From Ophelia neglecta (taxonomy: Eukaryota): a stretch of DNA of 64,000 nt. The DNA is taken from assembly GCA_965285935.1 (NCBI GenBank), contig OZ260664.1, forward strand, positions 40,486,001 to 40,550,000. Direction: 5' to 3'. A program made the position numbers and the translations under genes. The notes below the pieces were generated by a model that ran no database searches, had not been told where the DNA came from, and was given only the letters and a program-made list of their open reading frames with translations. Positions within the stretch are counted from its first letter, which is position 1. Every line of letters begins with the position of its first letter. Of this stretch, positions 52,167 to 64,000 are shown in pieces.

Positions 52167-55100
52167 TCCATTAATCAGTTTTCACTTTTTTGCTCCCCAC
52201 TCTTTTTAGAAGAAAGTGTTATCATATTCATTTGTTCATATTTGTTTCAAAATTAAAAGACTGCTTAATAAATGAATCAAGGCATACAGTTTCCACTTAT
52301 TTGCACCAATTGTTTTGTTGTAAAAAGTGTGATGAGTAGTGTTTAGGCAAACAAGAGTTCTGTATCACAATGTTCAAAGTTAAAGGGCATGCATCAATCT
52401 CATTGAGCCCACTGTCACAAGTAGGCACTGTAACGATAGGACCGATAAGTGTTGAAATCCACGTAAAACCCCAAACTACAACAACAACAATCAATCTCAA
52501 GTTTGAATCAATACTATCACAACGTACGTAGAGTTCTGGATTACGAAGTTAAAACCAAAGAGCATGATCCCAAGGATGTTGAGGATAAATCACAATCTTC
52601 AAATTTCTGGATCACAAGATTCAAACTTCAATAGCAGGATCCCTAGTATCATAAGTTTGAATCAATCTAAATAAAACACAACTTTTCTGGATCATTAGGA
52701 CATAGATATGTATAATCCATGTATTCTCTATATCTATGATTAGGAGCAACATCAAAAAGGATGATCTCAATGGGGGTAAGGTTGAAGAATAATATATATT
52801 ACTAAAATGCTAGATCACCAGTTTCAAAAAAAAATTGATTATCACCCTTCTTCAGCATCTGTGTGCTACTGAAGAGTTTTGGATAACTCTCCTTCATGAT
52901 TGATGTATTCACACGCTAGATCAAGACTCCATCAAGCATGAATCATAAAAACTCTCCAACAAGTATCCCTACATCATAGTACCCCTGCAAGCACAAATAA
53001 TAAAACTTGTCCTGAAGGTGCCTCAAATTATAAGCCCCTTTTCATCTGTCCTGAGTTTTTATGAAATTCGCTTTCTCAAATATAACATTGTTAGCTAGGC
53101 TAATTCATAAAAAAAACTTTTGAAATGGACTGGCTTATATGTCAAATTAGGCACAGTTCAAAATGTCAAAAAGGACCATATCTGATTCCGACCTCTTGAT
53201 CCGATTGATGTTATGTCAATCGGAGCAATAAAGTGTGGTTCTTTATATATCATGGTAACATTTATGCATACATTGCCTTTGGTGGACGATCGTTGCCCGT
53301 CAGTGGTGTGTGACATGTATAGTTTTGTCATCCTGCAACAGTGTAATTGAACAAAATCTCAATGGCAACCAACCATAAAATCTGTTGGCAAATCTGTTCA
53401 TGCAATGTTATTTTGCCAGCCAGCAGAAAGTGGCAGATCTTTATCAGAACAGACAGTTGGGACCCAGCAGCTTTAGCAGTGTATACAACAACTGCCCAAA
53501 ATGGCACATAAAAGGACAGAAGCCTCGCAAATCATTTACAGATTTGTGTCACATTCCGGCAATGTAGTATGGCAGCCCCCCGTATTGGCAAAATAAACAG
53601 TATGTTATTGTGGTGTTCATTTATGTCATTTCAATGTCAACTTGCTGTATTGACAGGCAATAGTTAATATCAAAGGACTGCGATGTTGTGTCCTGGCCGA
53701 GTGTTTAGCCTACCATACGACCATATATCTGTTTATGCCAATGGTTGTACCAGTTTAAATGGCTCGTGACAGTGACATGGCTGATCGAAGGCACTGTTAT
53801 TAGACGTATTGTATTTCAAACTCTTAAATGTAGTATAGACTCTAGACTAATTTCAGAGATGGAGGCTGACTAGCCCTAGTTTTTTTTATCAAGAGACATT
53901 CAAATACAAAGGCAAAAACAAATGAAATATAAATGCCCAACACTGGCAATCATTCTGCATACCACGAGCATGCAAGTGATCCACATTTGTCTTATACATA
54001 ATTAATCTGTTCAAGGAAAATATGGTAGTCAACATGTCCAAACATTATAAAAGCAAGCAATATTATTGCAACAAATCTCATCATTGGAAAGAAGATGACT
54101 TGAAGCATATGTGATGCATCGCCGATCAAGTATTGGAATGATTACAGTAAGATTTGTAAATTGTATGTTGACTTTCCACAACGGACATTGATAAAAAGGG
54201 TGTATGAAATGCAACAATATAACAAGAGACACCCATAATTATATGATATGATCTACCAAAAAGCAAGATAACACAGAATCTAACTGGATATAAAATGATG
54301 GATATGCTGATAAATTTAACCGATGTTGATATCATCCAAGTCTTATAAGGAGTTATATAATGGGACTTCATCATCAAGAAGTGTTGTTGTTTATCAAGTT
54401 GGATATATCCGTCCTTTAAGCAGGACTAATGCACACAGTATACATGGCCACATTATTTGCCGAGTATGCATATGGTATATGTGAGTGCTTATTGAGGAAT
54501 CACATGATGAAGAGCTGTCTGCTGTTCAATGAAAGCTTCTCATTTGATATCATGTTTGAATTTGAGTGGCTCATTAATAACCTTCTGTGATAATCTGCCT
54601 GAGATCTGGTGCATACACTGCCACAAATATGTCTTGTTTCATATTCGCTAAGTTTCATAGCTCTGGGCCCATTTCTAATGTCATATTGGTTGGCTGTATG
54701 TGAACTTGGGAGCCTTGGATGTGGTCCCAAGTTAACATATATGATTTCTGCTTGATTTGAACACAAGGCATAATTCTGGTGTCCAAATTATCAACCCATG
54801 AAATCTGAAGTTTCAAATGTACATATATTTCTAAATTTGCAGATACATATTCCAATGGTTTATCATAATTAAGGTGTGTCTTGAGGTATTGTGGTATCCT
54901 ATAAAGAAATCAAACAAGCTTAAGAAGAGTTATAAATATCCTCAAAAGTGCAATATAATGTTAACTATATGAAGTGAACCAGTCACTCTTTTATTGTTCT
55001 GAACATGAGCAACGGTCACAAGCAATGTTATGTCAGTCTGATGCAGATGGACATGGCCCCTAGCCTTTAGGATGAGCGGAATAGATGACTCAAAGACATT

Positions 55101-57139
55101 GCATTCTTTTACCCCGTATATGTCAAAACAGTGGCAACTAGAATCTAAACATCCCAGGGGTAGCTCTTCCAAAACTTTTGCATACAGGTGTGCAACTGCA
55201 GGTTCCGAAACTATTCCCTTGTTCCGAAACTATACCCTTGGCTAGGGCAAAAATCATACCATTGGTTAGGGAAATCTGACAAAAAAAGCACCCTTGGTTA
55301 GGGAAATCAGGCACACAAAGAAACGAAACTCGGTAGGAATACAGGGTCTTTGAAAAACAACCAACTTTCATGACTGCCATGCCTTAAATGATACTATTTG
55401 TTAAACAAAAGAGAACACAGGGTGCTTTTTCAGATTTATTATAGTGAAAATGACTCTTTGTGACAACTTTTAGAGTGACTAGTGTGAAAAACCGACCATT
55501 GGTTAGGGACTTATAGCATCTGGTTAGTGACTGGTTAGTGACATGTTTTCCTAGAAAAACAACCCTTCATAATAGTGCCGGGGGGGGGGGGGGGAGGAGG
55601 TCATGGTGATTTTAGTGGCTGGGCACCTATTTTGTACCTGGGTCAGTACGGTGGTGGAATCTGTTTTGAACCTAATGTCGCAAATTTGGAGAAGGCGAAA
55701 TTTTCACATTAACAGCCATGTCCATGGCAACGGGACATGGAAGATCCGCATAAATCCGCCAAAAATGGCTAAAATGCGCCAAAAACCGCGAGAATCTGGC
55801 CTAAAGTTTTCCATGAGAAATATAATTTGTTATGCTAGGCAGAATTTGCCAGGTTTTTTGGCAGAAATTATCGAAATTTGAAGGAAATTGATAGAATTTC
55901 GCTTTTTGAGGAAATTGTTCGAATTGCAAAGATATGGATAGAAGTAGCGGATTTCAAAGTCCACTAAAATAACTTGTCTATTGGCATATTGTAGCATCAA
56001 TCCGCGAAATCCAGAGTTTCGGTAGAAAATTTAGGCCTATACGCAATTCAACTATAGACTGAAATTGACTGTTCACAAAATAAGGCATATTACTGGATTT
56101 TTTCTGTTGGCCCATCAACATTTTTTCCAGGGTCGGACAACAGTCCACGCAATCCGCGTTTCCCAGTGGCTCGTAAATACTGCAAATTAAGCATGTAGAA
56201 ATCTAGATGCAAATCTGCTATTGTATTTCAAAGCTGGATTGAGAAGATTTGGTACAATTTCAAAAAAATATTATGCTAGAATTAACGTTAATTTTGCAGC
56301 ATTTCTTTTCTCCCGACCGACTACAGCCATTGTCTCTTTCATTCGACCCAACCAACTGACTCATTTTGGGGGAGTTTTCAAATTTCCATAAGCCAAGAAA
56401 TTAAAAATTAATCACTTTACAGTAGGCAGATTTGTTGCCCTTTTAGTAACTGTACGGTTGAATGATATTCATGTTGGCTCTATTTAGACTGATGTGGTTT
56501 CAGTATGTATCAGCTATCGATTTTCTCTTAAGATTAACCGTAAATTCAATGTTCACACAAACCCTGCCAGTCAATAGTAATTTCATAAATCTAAAACTTG
56601 AAATGACTTCTTTTGAACCCGACCACCATGACCATCAGTCCGACAAGCAGTTATGTAAATTGCACAAAACTATTTAATACATTTATTTCAGTGTAGTTCC
56701 TCAAGATAATAATAAGTGTTAATTTTCAGTGTACTGCATATAGCATTATCAAATCAACTTTCAAAGTACTTGTAGATGCAATCTATATGTACATGTATAT
56801 CTAGAAATTTTTCAAATCAGCAGTTTTATATTCTGTAGTTAAGGCCGAATAGCGAGGAAATGAAAATATATACGCTTTATTCAAACTCAAAAATCTCTGC
56901 TGATTTAAAAATCACTTAAAGGGGTGAAGCTTTTGCCTTCTTCACAGTCCCTTGAACTTTTATACATGTTCAAGTCCAAAGTTTCAATATTTATCGAGCT
57001 TTATGAAAGCAAATTATTACTGGTATTTATTTCAAGCAACATATATGAGCTCGGTTATCTATATATGGGCCGGTCAAGTGCAAAATAGGAATTATTTCAA
57101 GCAGCATATGAGATTATAATTATACATGTATAACCCAAT

Positions 57140-59077
57140 TTAATAAACTTGGCTTGCCATTGATGCTGCTTCATCTACTTTGGTTACAGTAAGGAATACA
57201 TTGAGTCTACTTTGGAGTCTTCTTGTCTGTTCATCCCAGGATATTCTTTTAGCATCGGACTTGTTATCATCAACCAATTTATTAAGTTCTCGTTGCCTTT
57301 GTGACTTAGACATGACTAATGCCACTTTAACTGGTTCTTTATTGGTAAAAATACTGGGAGGAGCTTCCACCATCAGATCACGGCGCCAGCGCGACACTCT
57401 CCGACCAATACACTGTTGCTGCTGCTGCTCATCAGCTGAAGGAGGCGGTATGTCAGGAATATCGACCTCCTGGTTAAGGCTTCGTCGACTGTTCAAATCT
57501 CTTGACTCCGAATAATTCTTTTTGATCGAATTTGGGGCACTTAATTTTTTACGAACTTGCGAGGTGCTGGGTTCAACGTGAGCACTACCTTGTGGTAAGA
57601 TTTCACTGTGTTTGAAAGGTCCACTCGGTAATGTGTGCCTTCTTCTTTCCCTTCGTAAAAGTGCCTCATCTTGACTGCTTACATCTTCTGATCCTGGTTC
57701 ATTTCTGGTCAAATTAAACTTGTGCTGACAGCGTGACTCCTGGTCTAAAACTGTTGGGGTCAAGACCCTTTCGTCTTTTTTATTGTCAACTTCTTTACTA
57801 AGCGATAAAGTTGGTTTTGAATCACCAATTTTTGGAGTAAGGGTATTATTTTCAGAATCTGAAGATGGCCGAGATGGCATCTCATTTGTTGAAACTGGTT
57901 CGCTTTTCGGCAGACCTTTGTTTGCGTGATCCTTACCACAGTTGACTACATCTTTGCCTTCCTTACCGAAATGCTGGTTTACTGAGTGAGAAAACAGTGC
58001 GGAAACCGGTCGTTCTTCCAGCGATTGTTTTCTTCCATCACACACGTGTACTGAATGAGGTCGAATGACCGAGCCTCTGGAACTGACGCAGACAACTGAT
58101 TTCTCTTTGTTTTTATTCCTTCTCAGCCTCCTCACAGAAGGAACAATATAAGGCTGATCTATCTTCCCATTAGGCTGAGCGCTTTCCACCCAGGCCACAG
58201 CAGTTTCCATGTCCCAATTCTTCTTGATTTTTTCTCCATTTGAAAAACGTGCAGACTTAACCGGCCTACTTTTTGCACGCTTGTTATTTACCACCGGTGT
58301 TTCTGTAACGGATGCTGAAATATTAGACAAATAGAGCATAACGTATTGTTTTTCCCACTCTGTTACGGAGAACGCAACATCATGACCTTCGACTCCTGGT
58401 TCACTTTTAGCGCATCTTTTATTAAAAGCGTCGTGTTCCGATTGACTTTGCAGGCATTTGAAGACATCCACCGATGGTGATATTTGTCCATTCTCTCCCG
58501 GCAATGTCGATTTCAGGTACAACCTCCTTTGGCCCGTGGATGAATTGGGTGTCGTTTGGTATTTGGAGGGTTTTGCTATCCCTATCGGATCCTCGTCGAT
58601 ATCATCTGATACCTCGTAACCCATTTGCCGCATCATTGGGCCAAGTTTATCTATTCTGACACCAGCCGAGGTATGTTCACTAGGCCGAGTGAGTGTGTCG
58701 TTCATACTAGAAAGCGTTTTCCCTAGTTGTTTTTCCGCGAGCCTCCATTCCTGTAGACGTTTTATGCTTACTGTAGCTCCGCTTTGAAAGTAAAAAGACT
58801 TTTCGTGTTTTCGGTCTCCTGGGCCGTCTGGTGGCCTACTCTCTTGGCTAATACCAGAGCATTTGCTCATTTTCTTTTGAGCTTTGACAGCTTGGCGCTT
58901 TTGTTTTTCAATCTGCCACTGTATTATCGAACATTGACGGTCGTAATATCTTTTAGTCGTCCGAAGCTTAGCACTCTCCATCCGGTTTTTCATTTCAACC
59001 TCGACAGCTTTATCACACCGCTGTTTCGATGCCATCCTTTTCGCATTTTTCATGTGGAAAGTATCTAGAGCGGTCAT
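57140..59077 (-). CDS. Uncharacterized intronless 645-aa basic, largely disordered protein with predicted N- and C-terminal helical/coiled-coil segments
   Basis: 1938-nt uninterrupted ORF in AT-rich DNA, start context gtcATG, no transposon motifs recognised. Terminal helices EVEMKNRMESAKLR...QIEKQKRQ and WDEQTRRLQSRLNVFL. Confidence 0.8.
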   Translation of the reverse strand: MTALDTFHMKNAKRMASKQRCDKAVEVEMKNRMESAKLRTTKRYYDRQCSIIQWQIEKQKRQAVKAQKKMSKCSGISQESRPPDGPGDRKHEKSFYFQSGATVSIKRLQEWRLAEKQLGKTLSSMNDTLTRPSEHTSAGVRIDKLGPMMRQMGYEVSDDIDEDPIGIAKPSKYQTTPNSSTGQRRLYLKSTLPGENGQISPSVDVFKCLQSQSEHDAFNKRCAKSEPGVEGHDVAFSVTEWEKQYVMLYLSNISASVTETPVVNNKRAKSRPVKSARFSNGEKIKKNWDMETAVAWVESAQPNGKIDQPYIVPSVRRLRRNKNKEKSVVCVSSRGSVIRPHSVHVCDGRKQSLEERPVSALFSHSVNQHFGKEGKDVVNCGKDHANKGLPKSEPVSTNEMPSRPSSDSENNTLTPKIGDSKPTLSLSKEVDNKKDERVLTPTVLDQESRCQHKFNLTRNEPGSEDVSSQDEALLRRERRRHTLPSGPFKHSEILPQGSAHVEPSTSQVRKKLSAPNSIKKNYSESRDLNSRRSLNQEVDIPDIPPPSADEQQQQQCIGRRVSRWRRDLMVEAPPSIFTNKEPVKVALVMSKSQRQRELNKLVDDNKSDAKRISWDEQTRRLQSRLNVFLTVTKVDEAASMASQVY

Positions 59078-61265
59078 GACTATTATCTGATTATCTCCTA
59101 ATTCCGAACAACATTCCTACCATTTTGAACGCCAACGAGCCAGTGAATATGGAGGTTTATTTACAAGTGCTTTAAATGTGAACCAGTGTGAAGTGCGTAT
59201 TCACCGCGTACTGTTCTCTTGAGTTCTGAACATCCCCTTTGTTTGATTTTCTCTTTCGATTTACTTTCGTTTTATTTCGTTTATATAAATACTGGTTAAT
59301 CCCTCGACATTGCCGATTGGATAAAATAAATAGAATAATCATTACTGATTGTATCTTGTGGAGAGGTACGCGGATATGAATTATGAGTTACCGCATTTTG
59401 ATATCCTTGCACAGTTCCTACATTTGGCCTCCCAGATTTGCCACAAGTCAGCTTCCTAACCACTTTATATTAGCACATCAATCCGTGCAGTTAGTTAACT
59501 GATAATACCAGTGGTAACGTTCTATTCAAATGAGCTCCAACAATGCTTAGAAATGTACAATGGCCACCTGACACTTAAGTCGTTACTTACTTCGAACGAA
59601 ATGTATCCTCACGATGTCCTCAGATTTTACAACTCTGTATGTCATAGAAATGCCCATTGTAAGCTACTGCATATTATGATAGACTGAGAGAGATGTAAAC
59701 TCTACACTGGTATCATAAATGTATGACTTTGTAGGCCTATATAGTTGGTTCACATATCATGAATGCCGGTGGTAGCTATGTGCTTTTGAATGAGCGGAGA
59801 ACTACGTAAGTTTCGTTGCCATTATCTAGGTAGGTCTAGTTCTACTATCTCCTGTTATCACTATGAATAAGAGTCATCATTCGTGATAAATTTGTCGCAC
59901 ATATCCACTAATAAAGCTGTATCAGGCGGCGTTTCACTGATCCTAGCTACATATCATATCACGGTTACCGTTTTTTGCCTCGTTGTTAACAATTTAATTA
60001 GCTTCACGCGTGCCTATCCTTAGAGATGTTAGAGAGCGGACTCTGTCCTTACACGTAGACTCTGTGAGTCTTTGGTAACGTTAAACAATGCCGGGCCATT
60101 AGTTATATGCAGTATCTGTGGTGAGCGAGTTTGTGCTTTGCATTATTGCAGCAAACATTTGCAGCTGACAAACACACGCAAGAACGAGAATGATTTAATA
60201 ACATCATCGGATTATGGCGCACCCTTCAAATCATTATTTGCATATACTTCATCTATTTATTACAGGGCTCGGAATCTGCGTGAAGCAGAACCGAGAGGAT
60301 GGATCTACCCGCCTGAATATATAATTAAAACGGAGATTTTGTCCATTATCTAGAGGAGCGAAATTAAGCACATTTTTTAGGCCTAAAATGTGTCAATTAT
60401 GTGGAACCAGTATCGGAGTCTATTGGGGCGGTTATTTACTATCAGAGGGGGTGGGGTCATGGAATGGTGACATCATCAAATGGGTGAGGGGGGGGGGTAT
60501 AACAAAATCCCTCCAATAGGGGGGGGGGGGGGTCATCAAACCAAATTTCCTATCAAAATTGGAAATATCATGTTTAATTTTATGTAGGAAAATAAACTTT
60601 TTGCGCGGCTTTGCGCAATATTCTTCATTCGTTTTCCTTTGGTGTAACATATTTCTATTGAGCTCAGACGTATTCATTGACGGTTGCCATTAATATATAA
60701 TTCGTACTTTATGCAGAAGGGGCTTTGGGCAGTATAGGCTTAATTAATAGTCAATTAGATTTACTGTTTTAACACCAAAATTGAAAATCAACAAGGTTGG
60801 GGGGGGGGGGGGACAAAAACATGCAAAGTGTAACCTGCCAAATAAAAGCAAAGTGTAGTTTGGGGCAAAGATTTCCATCACGGGGGGTGGGGGGGGGGTC
60901 ATAGAAAGAATTACCATATCAATCCAACCCAGGTGGCTATTACCCAAAAGGAACACCACCCCTACGGTTACTAATTCCAACTTTTTTCAATAATAAGCCG
61001 AGGGTGCACAAGTAAAAATGGATATTTACGGGGTAATTTGAATTCATCCCGGTGTATAGGATGTGCGAGAGGGGGGGGGGGGGGAGGGGGTCAAAGAGTC
61101 AACGGGGTCGCTTGTCCACAGCATGAGTAAGGCTAAGATAGTGATTTTGCAGCGGTTGCAGGCATGCCCAGATTTACCTATCTGAGATTGGTCAAGTTCA
61201 ACAGCCCATAGTGGGTTAGTTGTTGTAGTGTAGAAGAAGAAACCTAGCTGTATCTAGTAATGAGT

Positions 61266-62003
61266 GTCTTCGGGAGACCTATCAAGGATTTCATCCCCAT
61301 CCTTCCAGGTCGCTAAAGGCTTGTGTGAAGTACGCTACAGACCGCACAACGCCTGGCGGGAGACGTTGGCTGCGAGAGAGTTGGCACTGAGAAATCGAGA
61401 CACACGAGAGCTGCTGAGCGCTTAATCGGAAAATACTAAACAGCTGCAATCCCTTGCAGTTGGCAAGCAAGTAAGAATCATAAACCGAACAGGCCCCAAC
61501 CCCGAAGATGGGGTAAAAATGCCACGTGATTGAGGTTCGGCGATGGGACCAGTACGTGGTGCGAGTCTATGGCTCAGGGAGAGCGACACTCCGCAACAGG
61601 AAGTTCCTTCATAAATAGTTCCCAGTCATCCACATAGACCAAGACTTTGGAGGACGACTTCAGTGCCCGCATCTTCAAGCCATACCATACCCCTCAGAGC
61701 TTTCCCAAGCCTGTGTACATCGGACAGCGTGTGCCGTCGACAACAATATCTCTTCTATCCTCTAGGCCTACGCAGCGGCCGTATGACGCCCACCCCTCAC
61801 TACCCAACGTGACAAGGTGCCCAGCTGTCCCCAGCTGCATCGACAAAGGTTTCATGAAACCACCACCCAGCTTGCTCACCCTGCTCAGGACACGGATGAA
61901 GCACGAAGAATCCTACCATTGCCCTCGAGTAACTGCCACCCACCTGCTGGACAGGTACCCAAAAGAAATTAAGGATCTGCTGTGGGCAGACCTTGTCGAA
62001 TAA
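61266..62003 (+). mobile_element. Degenerate Ty3/Gypsy (K02A2.6/Mag-like) pol C-terminal relic
   Basis: Broken frames read VFGRPIKDFIPILPGR, RPHNAWRETLAARELALRNR, LAVGKQVRIINRTGP and VIEVRRWDQYVVRVYGSGRATLRNRKFL, the typical post-integrase tail. Stops and frameshifts are present, followed by a Pro-rich ORF (61647-62003). Confidence 0.8.
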
Positions 62004-62802
62004 GGTTTTGAGGCTGCAGCACACAAAAAATGACAAGTTTTACATTGTTATTTGACGGTGCTGATTTGAACCACTTTTGCATTGTCACTGAAATAAGCGA
62101 CGAGTTAAGTGACAAGATATAACTTGTAGTCCGGCAGCCAAACACTGATTTTTCACCCAACCCAAAATTCTCTGTTATATTTTTGGGATGAGGGAACCGA
62201 CTCCCTTTACTATGCCCGCAAATTTTACAAATCGTGACGTCACCTGGATCGGAGCGGCAGTTAAAATTGATTATGGCACTTGTCTTGTAGCCACATTGTG
62301 GTGTAAAGGGTTCAAAGCCGCCAGTTCACAGCATTATACAACACATGCAATGGTAATTTGCTAATATACCCGGTCGAATTCTTGGAGAAATGAGTTTAAA
62401 CATTTGGGCCCCCTGCTGCAAAATCGCCATGTATCCAGAGAAAGTCCGGCTGCATGGGATGGGTGAGTCAGTAGCGCTAAGGCCAGTTTGGAGGCGGTGG
62501 TTTCGTGATTAACCTGTGAGCTGTGCGTAGATGCCATGTTTTTGTCATGTGATTTGTGTAGCCTTTCACGTACATTGCTGTAATACAATGTCAATAAAAA
62601 TTATGAGAAAATCATGGCAATACTGCAATTAAGCGCTGTAACTGTCCGCAGAAATGAATTCCACTGCGGCAGATCGCTGCAGCGGCCGTGACCTTAAAAC
62701 ATCCAGGCTCTGATATTGTAACTAACCAAACACAGCGTGTGGGGGAATCCCCATTCACAACATCCGAGGCCTTTATGCTTCTCATTAACATATTTAAATA
62801 TA

Positions 62803-62960
62803 CAGTTGTCCCTGCAATGTGCGGTCCCCGGCATGAACGGCCACCTGCTATTTTAATGTACGAACTGTTTCTCCAGTCCCTGCAACGAGCGGTCACCTGC
62901 TATACGCGGCCGCGGACAGTCCTCCAGTGAACTTTTTCACCTGCTACGAGCGGACAAACA
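62803..62960. mobile_element. One end of a Tc1/mariner/pogo-type DNA transposon
   Basis: TA|CAGTTGTCCCTGC followed by three subterminal CACCTGCTA repeats. A related decayed end (CAGGGACCACTG|TA) lies near 35750-35937. The other end was not found in the window. Confidence 0.5.
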
Positions 62961-64000
62961 ACATATTTATTGATATTTTTGTACTGAATTTCCTTGCCTT
63001 CGATCGCGATCGGAATTAAAAATATCTGCGCGCGGCAGGACGCGAGTACCTTTTTGACCGTTCTCCATAGCAGCAACACGGTCCGAGTCGTGAAAGTTAT
63101 AGTGCTTGTAGACACTTGTGAGATGGCAGAGCGATGTAAAATGCCTTCAAAAAGTTAATGATTTTACCAGTAAGGCAACTTGTGTTGAACAGCAAAGGAA
63201 AATAGAAACTAATATATAAAGAAATGCGTAAAATGTTTTATTTTGAGGTAACTCGGATGTAGTCCGTGTGACTCGGCACTCAGCGCATCCCATTGCCAAG
63301 TGGCCGGCCGCCATGTTTAAATTGTTAACGATCTCCGACTTGTTGCTCACAGGTTCTTCAAGTTGTTGATCAAACATTTGATCACACTCAAAGAACAAAG
63401 ACTCGGTGAATAAATGTGTTTGTTTGTTGTGCAGCGATTACACGGGCATCATGCGTGTAATTATGTGTATCGTCCCGATCGATTACTGGCTGACAGTCGA
63501 ATTGTTTGTAACAGCTTTGTCACGCTAGCCAAGATCCGTAACTCTGGGCCCCTTCCTCGCGTATTATTTGGGACCTCTACGGTCCCACAGTGTCTGCATA
63601 GCCCAAATATGACATTATAAATGGACCTAGAGCTACGTATCTTGGCTAGGGTTACGCTACTCTGAAGGACTGAACTTAAGAATATGTCCGACCGCTGGAC
63701 CGTAATCCACAAGTGACCGCATGCTGATCGAGTAGAATGCATGTAAGTTTTCACAATGTCTTCAAGAGGACTTTGTGAAAAGTTACATTCAGAATTTCAT
63801 ATTATTCTGCTGGAAATTAACACAGTTAACTTTTTCATGGAAAAAAATAATTAACATATAAGACACCAAAGATGAAATTTTGCTATATCTTATTGGTTTT
63901 TGACTTAACTCTCAATACAAAATGACCCGCGAAATGCTCGACCTCATAACGTGCATATATTTATTTTACTCTCAAAAAGAAACATTGGAACCATACATTT

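Overview
AT-rich animal genomic DNA, probably a lophotrochozoan such as a mollusc (inferred only from composition, frequent TACATGTA motifs and MITE types). Three protein-coding loci were assembled by hand. (1) A 44-kb minus-strand SPA17/Sp17-like gene, CDS 44928 to 1190, 11 exons, about 983 aa if all are used. It has an N-terminal RIIa docking domain, the Sp17 DRFYNN exon, and 12 IQ calmodulin-binding motifs, 10 of them preceded by a PEP-19/neurogranin-like acidic D-I-D-L-x-D-P-x-V element, mostly on phase-0 exons. (2) UFC1 on the plus strand, head-to-head with it (5 exons, 170 aa). (3) An intronless 645-aa ORF of unknown function. Main discovery candidate: the 33.4-kb first intron of the SPA17-like gene holds at least three same-strand putative alternative first exons (MGCNASK..., MGCNITS..., MGHCMSQ...). 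Each begins with an N-myristoylation plus Cys-palmitoylation motif and ends at a phase-1 donor compatible with exon 2. One locus could therefore swap an AKAP-docking RIIa head for lipid anchors on the same multi-IQ calmodulin-binding body. The rest is minisatellites, MITEs, two micro-insertions with 7-bp target duplications and a Gypsy pol relic. All splice models are manual and need RNA evidence.
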